Assembly: GCF_009914755.1 (NCBI RefSeq)
Contig: NC_060933.1
Origin: the human T2T-CHM13v2.0 reference genome, Homo sapiens
Length of the DNA: 64,000 nt
Reading direction: 5' to 3' (one strand)
Shown here: positions 39,544-52,303 of the stretch, piece after piece
Layout of the letters: every line of letters begins with the position of its first letter
Position numbering within the stretch: the stretch's first letter is position 1
The notes under the pieces: generated by a model
Databases searched by the model: none
What the model saw: only the letters and a program-made list of their open reading frames with translations
Told to the model about the DNA's origin: nothing
Translations under genes and position numbers: made by a program

Positions 39544-41415
39544 CATTCTCAGAAACTTCCTTGTGATGTGTGTACTCAAGTAACAGAGTTGAACCTTCCT
39601 TTTGACAGAGCAGTTTTGAAGCACTCTTTTTGTAGAATCTGCAAGTGGATATTTTGATACCTTTGAGGATTTCGTTGGACACGGGATATCTTCATATAAA
39701 ATCTAGACAGAAGCATTCTCAGAAACTTCTTTGTGCTGTATGTCCTCAATTAACAGAGTTGAACCTTTGTGTGGATACAGCATTTTGGAAACATTCCTTT
39801 AGTAGAATCTGCAAGTTGATATTTAGATAGCTAGGAAGATTTCCTTGGAAACGGGAATATCTTCATATAAAATCTAGACGGAAGCATTCTCAGAAAGTGC
39901 TTTGTGATGTTTGCATTCAAGTCACAGAGTTGAATATTCCCTTTTATAGAGTAGGTTTGAAACACTCTTTCTGCACTACCTGGAAGTGGACATTTGGAGC
40001 GCTTTGAGGCCTATGTTGAAAAAGGAAATATCTTCCCATAAAAACTAGACAGAAGCATTCTCAGAAACTTGTTTGTGATGTGTGTATTCAACTAACAGAG
40101 ATGAACCTTTCTTTTTACAGAGCAGTTTTGAAACACTCTTTTTGTGGAATCTGAAAGTGGATATTTGGATAGCTTTGAGGATTTCGTTGGAAACGGGATT
40201 ACATATAAAACCTAGAGAGAAGCATTCTCAGGAACTTCTTTGTGATGTTTGCCTTCAAGTCACAGGACTGAACATTCCCTTTCATAGAGCAGGTTTGAAA
40301 CACTCTTTCTGTAGTATCTGCAAGCTGACGTTTCATGCGCTTTCAGGCCTATGGTGAGAAAGGAAATATCTTCAAGTAAAAACTAGACAGAAGCATTCTC
40401 AGAAACTTATTTGCCATGTGTGTTCTCAACTAACAGAGTTGAACCTTTGTTTTGATACGGCATTTTGGAAACACTCTTTTTGTAGAATCTGCAGGTGGAT
40501 ATTCGGATAGCTTTGAAGGTTTCGTTGGAAACGGGAATATCTTCATATAAAATCTAGACGGAAGCATTCTCAGAAACTGCTTTGTGATGTTTTCATTCAA
40601 GTCACAGTGTAGAATGTTCCCTGTTATATACCAGGTTTGAGACACTCTTTCTGCACTACCTGGAAGTGGACGTTTGGAGCGCTTTGAGGCCTATGTTGAA
40701 AAAGGAAATATCTTCCCATAAAAACTAGACAGAAGCATTCTCAGAAACTTGTTTCTGATGTGTGTATTCAACTAACAGAGATGAACCTTTCTTTTTACAG
40801 AGTAGTTTTGAAACACTCTTTTTGTGGAATCTGAAAGTGGATATTTGGATAGCTTTGCGGATTTCGTTGGAAACGGGATTACATATAAAATCTAGGGAGA
40901 AGCATTCTCAGGAACTTCTTTGTGATGTTTGCATTCAAGTCACAGAACTGAACATTCCCTTTCATAGAGCAGGTTTGAAACACTCTTTCTGTAGTATCTG
41001 CAAGTGGACGTTTCAAGCGCTTTCAGGCCTGTGGTGAAAAAGGAAATATCTTCAAATAAAAACTAGACAGAAGCATTCTCAGAAACTTATTTGCGATGTG
41101 TGTTCTCAGCTAACAGAGTTCAACCTTTGTTTTGATACAGCATTTTGGAAACACTCTTTTTGTAGGATCTGCAGGTGGATATTTGGATAGCTTTGAAGGT
41201 TTCTTTGGAAACGGGAATATCTTCATATAAAATCAAGACAGAAGCATTCTCAGAAACTTCTCTGTTCTGTTTGCATTCAACTCATAGAGTTGAACACTTC
41301 CTTTCATAGAGCTGGTTTGAAATACTCTTTTTGTAATATTTGGAAGTGGACATTTGCAGCGCTTTGAAGCCTATGGTGAAAAAGGAGATATCTTCTCCTA
41401 AAAACCAGACAGAAG
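39544..41415 (+). repeat. 11-mer HOR variant with diverged monomers (copy 3)
   Basis: Marker spacing 39645->41517 = 1872. Same private variants as copies 1 and 2. Confidence 0.93.
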
Positions 41416-43967
41416 CATTCTCAGAATCTTTCTTGTGATGTGTGTACTCAAGTAACAGAGTTGAATCTTCATTTTGACAGAGCAGTTTTGAAGCACTCTT
41501 TTTGTAGAATCTGCAAGTGGATATTTTGATACCTTTGGGGATTTCGTTAGACACGGGATATCTTCATATAAAATCTAGACAGAAGCATTCTCAGAAACTT
41601 CTTTGTGCTGTATGTCCTCAATTAACAGAGTTGAACCTTTGTGTGGATACAGCATTTTGGAAACATTCCTTTAGTAGAATCTGCAAGTTGATATTTAGAT
41701 AGCTACGAAGATTTCCTTGGAAACGGGAATATCTTCATATAAAATCTAGACGGAAGCATTCTCAGAAAGTGCTTTGTGATGTTTGCATTCAAGTCACAGA
41801 GTTGAATATTCCCTTTTATAGAGCAGGTTTGAAACACTCTTTCTGCACTATCTGGAAGTGGACATTTGGAGCGCTTTGAGGCCTATGTTGAAAAAGGAAA
41901 TATCTTCCCATAAAAACTAGACAGAAGCATTCTCAGAAACTTGTTTGTGATGTGTGTATTCAACTAACAGAGATGAACCTTTCTTTTTACAGAGCAGTTT
42001 TGAAACACTCTTTTTGTGGAATCTAAAAGTGGATATTTGGATAGCTTTGAGGATTTCGTTGGAAACGGGATTACATATAAAACCTAGAGAGAAGCATTCT
42101 CAGGAACTTCTTTGTGATGTTTGCATTCAAGTCACAGAACTGAACATTCCCTTTCATAGAGCAGGTTTGAAACACTCTTTCTGTAGTATCTGCAAGCTGA
42201 CGTTTCAAGCGCTTTCAGGCCTATGGTGAGAACGGAAATATCTTCAAGTAAAAACTAGACAGAAGCATTCTCAGAAACTTATTTGCCATGTGTGTTCTAA
42301 ACTAACAGAGTTGAACCTTTGTTTTGATACGGCATTTTGGAAACACTCTTTTTGTAGAATCTGCAGGTGGATATTCGGATAGCTTTGAAGGTTTCGTTGG
42401 AAACGGGAATATCTTCATATAAAATCTAGACGGAAGCATTCTCAGAAACTGCTTTGTGATGTTTTCATTCAAGTCACAGAGTAGAATGTTCCCTGTTATA
42501 TACCAGGTTTGAGACACTCTTTCTGAACTACCTGGAAGTGGACGTTTGGAGCGCTTTGAGGCCTATGTTGAAAAAGGAAATATCTTCCCATAAAAACTAG
42601 ACAGAAGCATTCTCAGAAACTTGTTTGTGATGTGTGTATTCAACTAACAGAGATGAACCTTTCTTTTTACAGAGCAGTTTTGAAACACTCTTTTTGTGGA
42701 ATCTGAAAGTGGATATTTGGATAGCTTTGAGGATTTCGTTGGAAACGGGATTACATATAAAACCTAGAGAGAAGCATTCTCAGTAACTTCTTTGTGATGT
42801 TTGCATTCAAGTCACAGAACTGAACATTCCCTTTCATAGAGCAGGTTTGAAACACTCTTTCTGTAGTATCTGCAAGCTGACGTTTCAAGCGCTTTCAGGC
42901 CTATGGTGAGAAAGGAAATATCTTCAAGTAAAAACTAGACAGAAGCATTCTCAGAAACTTATTTGCGATGTGTGTTCTCAACTAACAGAGTTGAACCTTT
43001 GTTTTGATATGGCATTTTGGAAACACTCTTTTTGTAGAATCTGCAGGTGGATATTCGGATAGCTTTGAAGGTTTCGTTGGAAACGGGAATATCTTCATAT
43101 AAAATCTAGACGGAAGCATTCTCAGAAACTGCTTTGTGATGTTTTCATTCAAGTCACAGAGTAGAATGTTCCCTGTTATATACCAGGTTTGAGACACTCT
43201 TTCTGCACTACCTGGAAGTGGACATTTGCAGCGCTTTGAGGCCTATGATGAAAAAGGAAATATCTTCCCATAAAAACTAGACAGAAGCATTCTCAGAAAC
43301 TTGTTTGTGATGTGTGTATTCAACTAACAGAGATGAACCTTTCTTTTTACAGAGCAGTTTTGAAACACTCTTTTTGTGGAATCTGAAAGTGGATATTTGG
43401 ATAGCTTTGAGGATTTCGTTGGAAACGGGATTACATATAAAATCTAGAGAGAAGCATTCTCAGGAACTTCTTTGTGATGTTTGCATTCACGTCACAGAAC
43501 TGAACATTCCCTTTCATAGAGCATGTTTGAAACACTCTTTCTGTAGTATCTGCAAACGGACATTTCAAACGCTTTCAGGCCTATGGTGAGAAAGGAAATA
43601 TCTTCAAATAAAAACTAGACAGAAGCATTCTCAGAAACTTATTTGCGATGTGTGTCCTCAACTAACAGAGTTGAACCTTTCTTTTGATACAACATTTTGG
43701 AAACACTCTTTTTGTAGAATCTGCAAGTGGATATTTGAATAGCTTTGAAGGTTTCGTTGGAAACGGGAATATCTTCATATAAAATCAAGACAGAAGCATT
43801 CTCAGAAACTTCTCTGTGATGTTTGCATTCAACTCATAGAGTTGAACACTTCCCTTCATACAGCAGGTTTGAAACACTCTTTTTCTAATATTTGGAAGTG
43901 GACATTTGCAGCGCTTTGAGGCCTATGTTGAAAAAGGAAATATCTTCTCCTAAAAACCAGACAGAAG
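41416..43967 (+). repeat. 15-mer HOR variant
   Basis: Marker spacing 41517->44069 = 2552. Confidence 0.95.
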
Positions 43968-46900
43968 CATTCTCAGAAACTTCCTTGTGATGTGTGTACT
44001 CAAGTAACAGAGTTGAACCTTCCTTTTGACAGAGCAGTTTTGAAGCACTCTTTTTGTAGAATCTGCAAGTGGATATTTTGATACCTTTGAGGATTTCGTT
44101 GGACACGGGATATCTTCATATAAAATCTAGACAGAAGCATTCTCAGAAACTTCTTTGTGCTGTATGTCCTCAATTAACAGAGTTGAACCTTTGTGTGGAT
44201 ACAGCATTTTGGAAACATTCCTTTAGTAGAATCTGCAAGTTGATATTTAGATAGCTAGGAAGATTTCCTTGGAAACGGGAATATCTTCATATAAAATCTA
44301 GACGGAAGCATTCTCAGAAAGTGCTTTGTGATGTTTGCATTCAAGTCACAGAGTTGAATATTCCCTTTTATAGAGCAGGTTTGAAACACTCTTTCTGCAC
44401 TACCTGGAAGTGGACATTTGGAGCGCTTTGAGGCCTATGTTGAAAAAGGAAATATCATCCCATAAAAACTAGACAGAAGCATTCTCAGAAACTTGTTTGT
44501 GATGTGTGTATTCAACTAACAGAGATGAACCTTTCTTTTTACAGAGCAGTTTTGAAACACTCTTTTTGTGGAATCTGAAAGTGGATATTTGGATAGCTTT
44601 GAGGATTTCGTTGGAAACGGGATTACATATAAAACCTAGAGAGAAGCATTCTCAGGAACTTCTTTGTGATGTTTGCATTCAAGTCACAGAACTGAACATT
44701 CCCTTTCATAGAGCAGGTTTGAAACACTCTTTCTGTAGTATCTGCAAGCGGACGTTTCAAGCACTTTCAGGCCTATGGTGAGAAAGGAAATATCTTCAAG
44801 TAAAAACTAGACAGAAGCATTCTCAGAAACTTATTTGCCATGTGTGTTCTCAACTAACAGAGTTGAACCTTTGTTTTGATACGGCATTTTGGAAACACTC
44901 TTTTTGTAGAATCTGCAGGTGGATATTCGGATAGCTTTGAAGGTTTCGTTGGAAACGGGAATATCTTCATATAAAATCTAGACGGAAGCATTCTCATAAA
45001 CTGCTTTGTGATGTTTTCATTCAAGTCACAGAGTAGAATGTTCCCTGTAATATACCAGGTTTGAGACACTCTTTCTGCACTACCTGGAAGTGGACGTTTG
45101 GAGCGCTTTGAGGCCTATGTTGAAAAAGGAAATATCTTCCCATAAAAACTAGACAGAAGCATTCTTAGAAACTTGTTTTTGATGTGTGTATTCAACTAAC
45201 AGAGATGAACCTTTCTTTTTACAGAGCAGTTTTGAAACAGTCTTTTTGTGGAATCTGAAAGTGGATATTTGGATAGCTTTGAGGATTTCGTTGGAAACGG
45301 GATTACATATAAAACCTAGAGAGAAGCATTCTCAGGAACTGCTTTGTGATGTTTGCATTCAAGTCACAGAACTGAACATTCCCTTTCATAGAGCAGGTTT
45401 GAAACACTCTTTCTGTAGTATCTGCAAGCTGACGTTTCAAGCGCTTTCAGGCCTATGGTGAGAAAGGAAATATCTTCAAGTAAAAACTAGACAGAAGCAT
45501 TCTCAGAAACTTATTTGTGATGTGTGTTCTCAACTAACAGAGTTGAACCTTTGTTTTGATATGGCATTTTGGAAACACTCTTTTTGTAGAATCTGCAGGT
45601 GGATATTCGGATAGCTTTGAAGGTTTCGTTGGAAACGGGAATATCTTCAAATAAAATCTAGACGGAAGCATTCTCAGAAACTGCTTTGTGATGTTTTCAT
45701 TCAAGTCACAGAGTAGAATGTTCCCTGTTATATACCAGGTTTGAGACACTCTTTCTGCACTACCTGGAAGTGGACATTTGCAGCGCTTTGAGGCCTATGA
45801 TGAAAAAGGAAATATCTTCCCATAAAAACTAGACAGAAGCATTCTCAGAAACTTGTTTGTGATGTGTGTATTCAACTAACAGAGATGAACCTTTCTTTTT
45901 ACAGAGCAGTTTTGAAACACTCTTTTTGTGGAATCTGAAAGTGGATATTTGGATAGCTTTGAGGATTTCTTTGGAAACGGGATTACATATAAAATCTAGA
46001 GAGAAGCATTCTCAGGAACTTCTTTGTGATGTTTGCATTCACGTCACAGAACTGAACATTCCCTTTCATAGAGCATGTTTGAAACACTCTTTCTGTAGTA
46101 TCTGCAAACGGACATTTCAAACGCTTTCAGGCCTATGGTGAGAAAGGAAATATCTTCAAATAAAAACTAGACAGAAGCATTCTCAGAAACTTATTTGCGA
46201 TGTGTGTCCTCAACTAACAGAGTTGAACCTTTCTTTTGATACAACATTTTGGAAACACTCTTTTTGTAGAATCTGCAAGTGGATATTTGAATAGCTTTGA
46301 AGGTTTCGTTGGAAACGGGAATATCTTCATATAAAATCAAGACAGAAGCATTCTCAGAAACTTCTCTGTGATGTTTGCATTCAACTCATAGAGTTGAACA
46401 CTTCCCTTCATACAGCAGGATTGAAACACTCTTTTTGTAATATTTGGAAGTGGACATTTTCAGCGCTTTGAGGCCTATGATGAAAAAGGTAATATCTTCC
46501 CATAAAAACTAGACAGAAGCATTCTCAGAAACTTGTTTGTGATGTGTGTATTCAACTAACAGAGATGAACCTTTCTTTTTACAGAGCAGTTTTGAAACAC
46601 TCTTTTTGTGGAATCTGAAAGTGGATATTTGGATAGCTTTGCGGATTTCGTTGGAAACGGGATTACATATAAAATCTAGGGAGAAGCATTCTCAGGAACT
46701 TCTTTGTGATGTTTGCATTCAAGTCACAGAACTGAACATTCCCTTTCATAGAGCATGTTTGAAACACTCTTTCTGTAGTATCTGCAAGCGGACGTTTTAA
46801 GCGCTTTCAGGCCTGTGGTGAGAAAGGAAATATCTTCAAATAAAAACTAGACAGAAGCATTCTCAGAAACTTATTTGCGATGTGTGTCCTCAACTAACAG

Positions 46901-49900
46901 AGTTGAACCTTTCTTTTGATACAACATTTTGGAAACACTCTTTTTGTAGAATCTGCAAGTGGATATTTGGATAGCTTTGAAGGTTTCGTTGGAAACGGGA
47001 ATATCTTCATATGAAATCAAGACAGAAGCATTCTCAGAAACTTCTCTGTGATGTTTGCATTCAACTCATAGAGTTGAACACTTCCCTTCATACAGCAGGT
47101 TTGAAACACTCTTTTTCTAATATTTGGAAGTGGACATTTGCAGCGCTTTGAGGCCTATGTTGAAAAAGGAAATATCTTCTCCTAAAAACCAGACAGAAGC
47201 ATTCTCAGAAACTTCCTTGTGATGTGTGTACTCAAGTAACAGAGTTGAACCTTCCTTTTGACAGAGCAGTTTTGAAGCACTCTTTTTGTAGAATCTGCAA
47301 GTGGATATTTTGATACCTTTGAGGATTTCGTTGGACACGGGATATCTTCATATAAAATCTAGACAGAAGCATTCTCAGAAACTTCTTTGTGCTGTATGTC
47401 CTCAATTAACAGAGTTGAACCTTTGTGTGGATACAGCATTTTGGAAACATTCCTTTAGTAGAATCTGCAAGTTGATATTTAGATAGCTAGGAAGATTTCC
47501 TTGGAAACGGGAATATCTTCATATAAAATCTAGACGGAAGCATTCTCAGAAAGTGCTTTGTGATGTTTGCATTCAAGTCACAGAGTTGAATATTCCCTTT
47601 TATAGAGCAGGTTTGAAACACTCTTTCTGCACTACCTGGAAGTGGACATTTGGAGCGCTTTGAGGCCTATGTTGAAAAAGGAAATATCTTCCCATAAAAA
47701 CTAGACAGAAGCATTCTCAGAAACTTGTTTGTGATGTGTGTATTCAACTAACAGAGATGAACCTTTCTTTTTACAGAGCAGTTTTGAAACACTCTTTTTG
47801 TGGAATCTGAAAGTGGATATTTGGATAGCTTTGAGGATTTCGTTGGAAACGGGATTACATATAAAACCTAGAGAGAAGCATTCTCAGGAACTTCTTTGTG
47901 ATGTTTGCATTCAAGTCACAGAACTGAACATTCCCTTTCATAGAGCAGGTTTGAAACACTCTTTCTGTAGTATCTGCAAGCTGACGTTTCAAGCGCTTTC
48001 AGGCCTATGGTGAGAAAGGAAATATCTTCAAGTAAAAACTAGACAGAAGCATTCTCAGAAACTTATTTGCCATGTGTGTTCTCAACTAACAGAGTTGAAC
48101 CTTTGTTTTGATACGGCATTTTGGAAACACTCTTTTTGTAGAATCTGCAGGTGGATATTCGGATAGCTTTGAAGGTTTCGTTGGAAACGGGAATATCTTC
48201 ATATAAAATCTAGACGGAAGCATTCTCAGAAACTGCTTTGTGATGTTTTCATTCAAGTCACAGAGTAGAATGTTCCCTGTTATATACCAGGTTTGAGACA
48301 CTCTTTCTGCACTACCTGGAAGTGGACGTTTGGAGCGTTTTGAGGCCTATGTTGAAAAAGGAAATATCTTCCCATAAAAACTAGACAGAAGCATTCTCAG
48401 AAACTTGTTTTTGATGTGTGTATTCAACTAACAGAGATGAACCTTTCTTTTTACAGAGCAGTTTTGAAACACTCTTTTTGTGGAATCTGAAAGTGGATAT
48501 TTGGATAGCTTTGAGGATTTCGTTGGAAACGGGATTACATATAAAACCTAGAGAGAAGCATTCTCAGGAACTGCTTTGTGATGTTTGCATTCAAGTCACA
48601 GAACTGAACATTCCCTTTCATAGAGCAGGTTTGAAACACTCTTTCTGTAGTATCTGCAAGGTGACGTTTCAAGCGCTTTCAGGCCTATGGTGAGAAAGGA
48701 AATATCTTCAAGTAAAAACTAGACAGAAGCATTCTCAGAAACTTATTTGCGATGTGTGTTCTCAACTAACAGAGTTGAACCTTTGTTTTGATATGGCATT
48801 TTGGAAACACTCTTTTTGTAGAATCTGCAGGTGGATATTCGGATAGCTTTGAAGGTTTCGTTGGAAACGGGAATATCTTCATATAAAATCTAGACGGAAG
48901 CATTCTCAGAAACTGCTTTGTGATGTTTTCATTCAAGTCACAGAGTAGAATGTTCCCTGTTATATACCAGGTTTGAGACACTCTTTCTGCACTACCTGGA
49001 AGTGGACATTTGCAGCGCTTTGAGGCCTATGATGAAAAAGGAAATATCTTCCCATAAAAACTAGACAGAAGCATTCTCAGAAACTTGTTTGTGATGTGTG
49101 TATTCAACTAACAGAGATGAACCTTTCTTTTTACAGAGCAGTTTTGAAACACTCTTTTTGTGGAATCTGAAAGTGGATATTTGGATAGCTTTGAGGATTT
49201 CGTTGGAAACGGGATTACATATAAAATCTAGAGAGAAGCATTCTCAGGAACTTCTTTGTGATGTTTGCATTCACGTCACAGAACTGAACATTCCCTTTCA
49301 TAGAGCATGTTTGAAACACTCTTTCTGTAGTATCTGCAAACGGACATTTCAAACGCTTTCAGGCCTATGGTGAGAAAGGAAATATCTTCAAATAAAAACT
49401 AGACAGAAGCATTCTCAGAAACTTATTTGCGATGTGTGTCCTCAACTAACAGAGTTGAACCTTTCTTTTGATACAACATTTTGGAAACACTCTTTTTGTA
49501 GAATCTGCAAGTGGATATTTGAATAGCTTTGAAGGTTTCGTTGGAAACGGGAATATCTTCATATAAAATCAAGACAGAAGCATTCTCAGAAACTTCTCTG
49601 TGATGTTTGCATTCAACTCATAGAGTTGAACACTTCCCTTCATACAGCAGGATTGAAACACTCTTTTTGTAATATTTGGAAGTGGACATTTTCAGCGCTT
49701 TGAGGCCTATGATGAAAAAGGTAATATCTTCCCATAAAAACTAGACAGAAGCATTCTCAGAAACTTGTTTGTGATGTGTGTATTCAACTAACAGAGATGA
49801 ACCTTTCTTTTTACAGAGCAGTTTTGAAACACTCTTTTTGTGGAATCTGAAAGTGGATATTTGGATAGCTTTGCGGATTTCGTTGGAAACGGGATTACAT

Positions 49901-50431
49901 ATAAAATCTAGGGAGAAGCATTCTCAGGAACTTCTTTGTGATGTTTGCATTCAAGTCACAGAACTGAACATTCCCTTTCATAGAGCATGTTTGAAACACT
50001 CTTTCTGTAGTATCTGCAAGCGGACGTTTTAAGCGCTTTCAGGCCTGTGGTGAGAAAGGAAATATCTTCAAATAAAAACTAGACAGAAGCATTCTCAGAA
50101 ACTTATTTGCGATGTGTGTCCTCAACTAACAGAGTTGAACCTTTCTTTTGATACAACATTTTGGAAACACTCTTTTTGTAGAATCTGCAAGTGGATATTT
50201 GGATAGCTTTGAAGGTTTCGTTGGAAACGGGAATATCTTCATATGAAATCAAGACAGAAGCATTCTCAGAAACTTCTCTGTGATGTTTGCATTCAACTCA
50301 TAGAGTTGAACACTTCCCTTCATACAGCAGGTTTGAAACACTCTTTTTCTAATATTTGGAAGTGGACATTTGCAGCGCTTTGAGGCCTATGTTGAAAAAG
50401 GAAATATCTTCTCCTAAAAACCAGACAGAAG
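43968..50431 (+). repeat. Two adjacent 19-mer HORs (43968-47199, 47200-50431)
   Basis: Marker spacings 3232 and 3232. Confidence 0.95.
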
Positions 50432-52303
50432 CATTCTCAGAAACTTCCTTGTGATGTGTGTACTCAAGTAACAGAGTTGAACCTTCCTTTTGACAGAGCA
50501 GTTTTGAAGCACTCTTTTTGTAGAATCTGCAAGTGGATATTTTGATACCTTTGAGGATTTCGTTGGACACGGGATATCTTCATATAAAATCTAGACAGAA
50601 GCATTCTCAGAAACTTCTTTGTGCTGTATGTCCTCAATTAACAGAGTTGAACCTTTGTGTGGATACAGCATTTTGGAAACATTCCTTTAGTAGAATCTGC
50701 AAGTTGATATTTAGATAGCTAGGAAGATTTCCTTGGAAACGGGAATATCTTCATATAAAATCTAGACGGAAGCATTCTCAGAAAGTGCTTTGTGATGTTT
50801 GCATTCAAGTCACAGAGTTGAATATTCCCTTTTATAGAGCAGGTTTGAAACACTCTTTCTGCACTACCTGGAAGTGGACATTTGGAGCGCTTTGAGGCCT
50901 ATGTTGAAAAAGGAAATATCTTCCCATAAAAACTAGACAGAAGCATTCTCAGAAACTTGTTTGTGATGTGTGTATTCAACTAACAGAGATGAACCTTTCT
51001 TTTTACAGAGCAGTTTTGAAACACTCTTTTTGTGGAATCTGAAAGTGGATATTTGGATAGCTTTGAGGATTTCGTTGGAAACGGGATTACATATAAAACC
51101 TAGAGAGAAGCATTCTCAGGAACTTCTTTGTGATGTTTGCATTCAAGGCACAGAACTGAACATTCCCTTTCATAGAGCAGGTTTGAAACACTCTTTCTGT
51201 AGTATCTGCAAGCTGACGTTTCAAGCGCTTTCAAGGCTATGGTGAGAAAGGAAATATCTTCAAGTAAAAACTAGACAGAAGCATTCTCAGAAACTTATTT
51301 GCCATGTGTGTTCTCAACTAACAGAGTTGAACCTTTGTTTTGATACGGCATTTTGGAAACACTCTTTTTGTAGAATCTGCAGGTGGATATTCGGATAGCT
51401 TTGAAGGTTTCGTTGGAAACGGGAATATCTTCATATAAAATCTAGACGGAAGCATTCTCAGAAACTGCTTTGTGATGTTTTCATTCAAGTCACAGAGTAG
51501 AATGTTCCCTGTTATATACCAGGTTTGAGACACTCTTTCTGCACTACCTGGAAGTGGACATTTGCAGCGCTTTGAGGCCTATGATGAAAAAGGAAATATC
51601 TTCCCATAAAAACTAGACAGAAGCATTCTCAGAAACTTGTTTGTGATGTGTGTATTCAACTAACAGAGATGAACCTTTCTTTTTACAGAGCAGTTTTGAA
51701 ACACTCTTTTTGTGGAATCTGAAAGTGGATATTTGGATAGCTTTGAGGATTTCGTTGGAAACGGGATTACATATAAAATCTAGAGAGAAGCATTCTCAGG
51801 AACTTCTTTGTGATGTTTGCATTCACGTCACAGAACTGAACATTCCCTTTCATAGAGCATGTTTGAAACACTCTTTCTGTAGTATCTGCAAACGGACATT
51901 TCAAACGCTTTCAGGCCTATGGTGAGAAAGGAAATATCTTCAAATAAAAACTAGACAGAAGCATTCTCAGAAACTTATTTGCGATGTGTGTCCTCAACTA
52001 ACAGAGTTGAACCTTTCTTTTGATACAACATTTTGGAAACACTCTTTTTGTAGAATCTGCAAGTGGATATTTGAATAGCTTTGAAGGTTTCGTTGGAAAC
52101 GGGAATATCTTCATATAAAATCAAGACAGAAGCATTCTCAGAAACTTCTCTGTGATGTTTGCATTCAACTCATAGAGTTGAACACTTCCCTTCATACAGC
52201 AGGTTTGAAACACTCTTTTTCTAATATTTGGAAGTGGACATTTGCAGCGCTTTGAGGCCTATGTTGAAAAAGGAAATATCTTCTCCTAAAAACCAGACAG
52301 AAG
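50432..52303 (+). repeat. 11-mer HOR variant (consensus-type monomers)
   Basis: Marker spacing 50533->52405 = 1872. Confidence 0.94.

Larger units (their letters stand above)
27990..43300 (+). repeat. Tandem duplication with 7,656-bp period (45 monomers, 19+15+11); ends approximate
   Basis: Private variants recur at offset 7,656: TATTTAACT (~28009/35665), TGTCCGCAAT (~29538/37194), ATACTCGGATAGAT (~30294/37950), AATCTAAAAG (~34369/42025), TCTGAACTA (~34870/42526). Confidence 0.92.
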
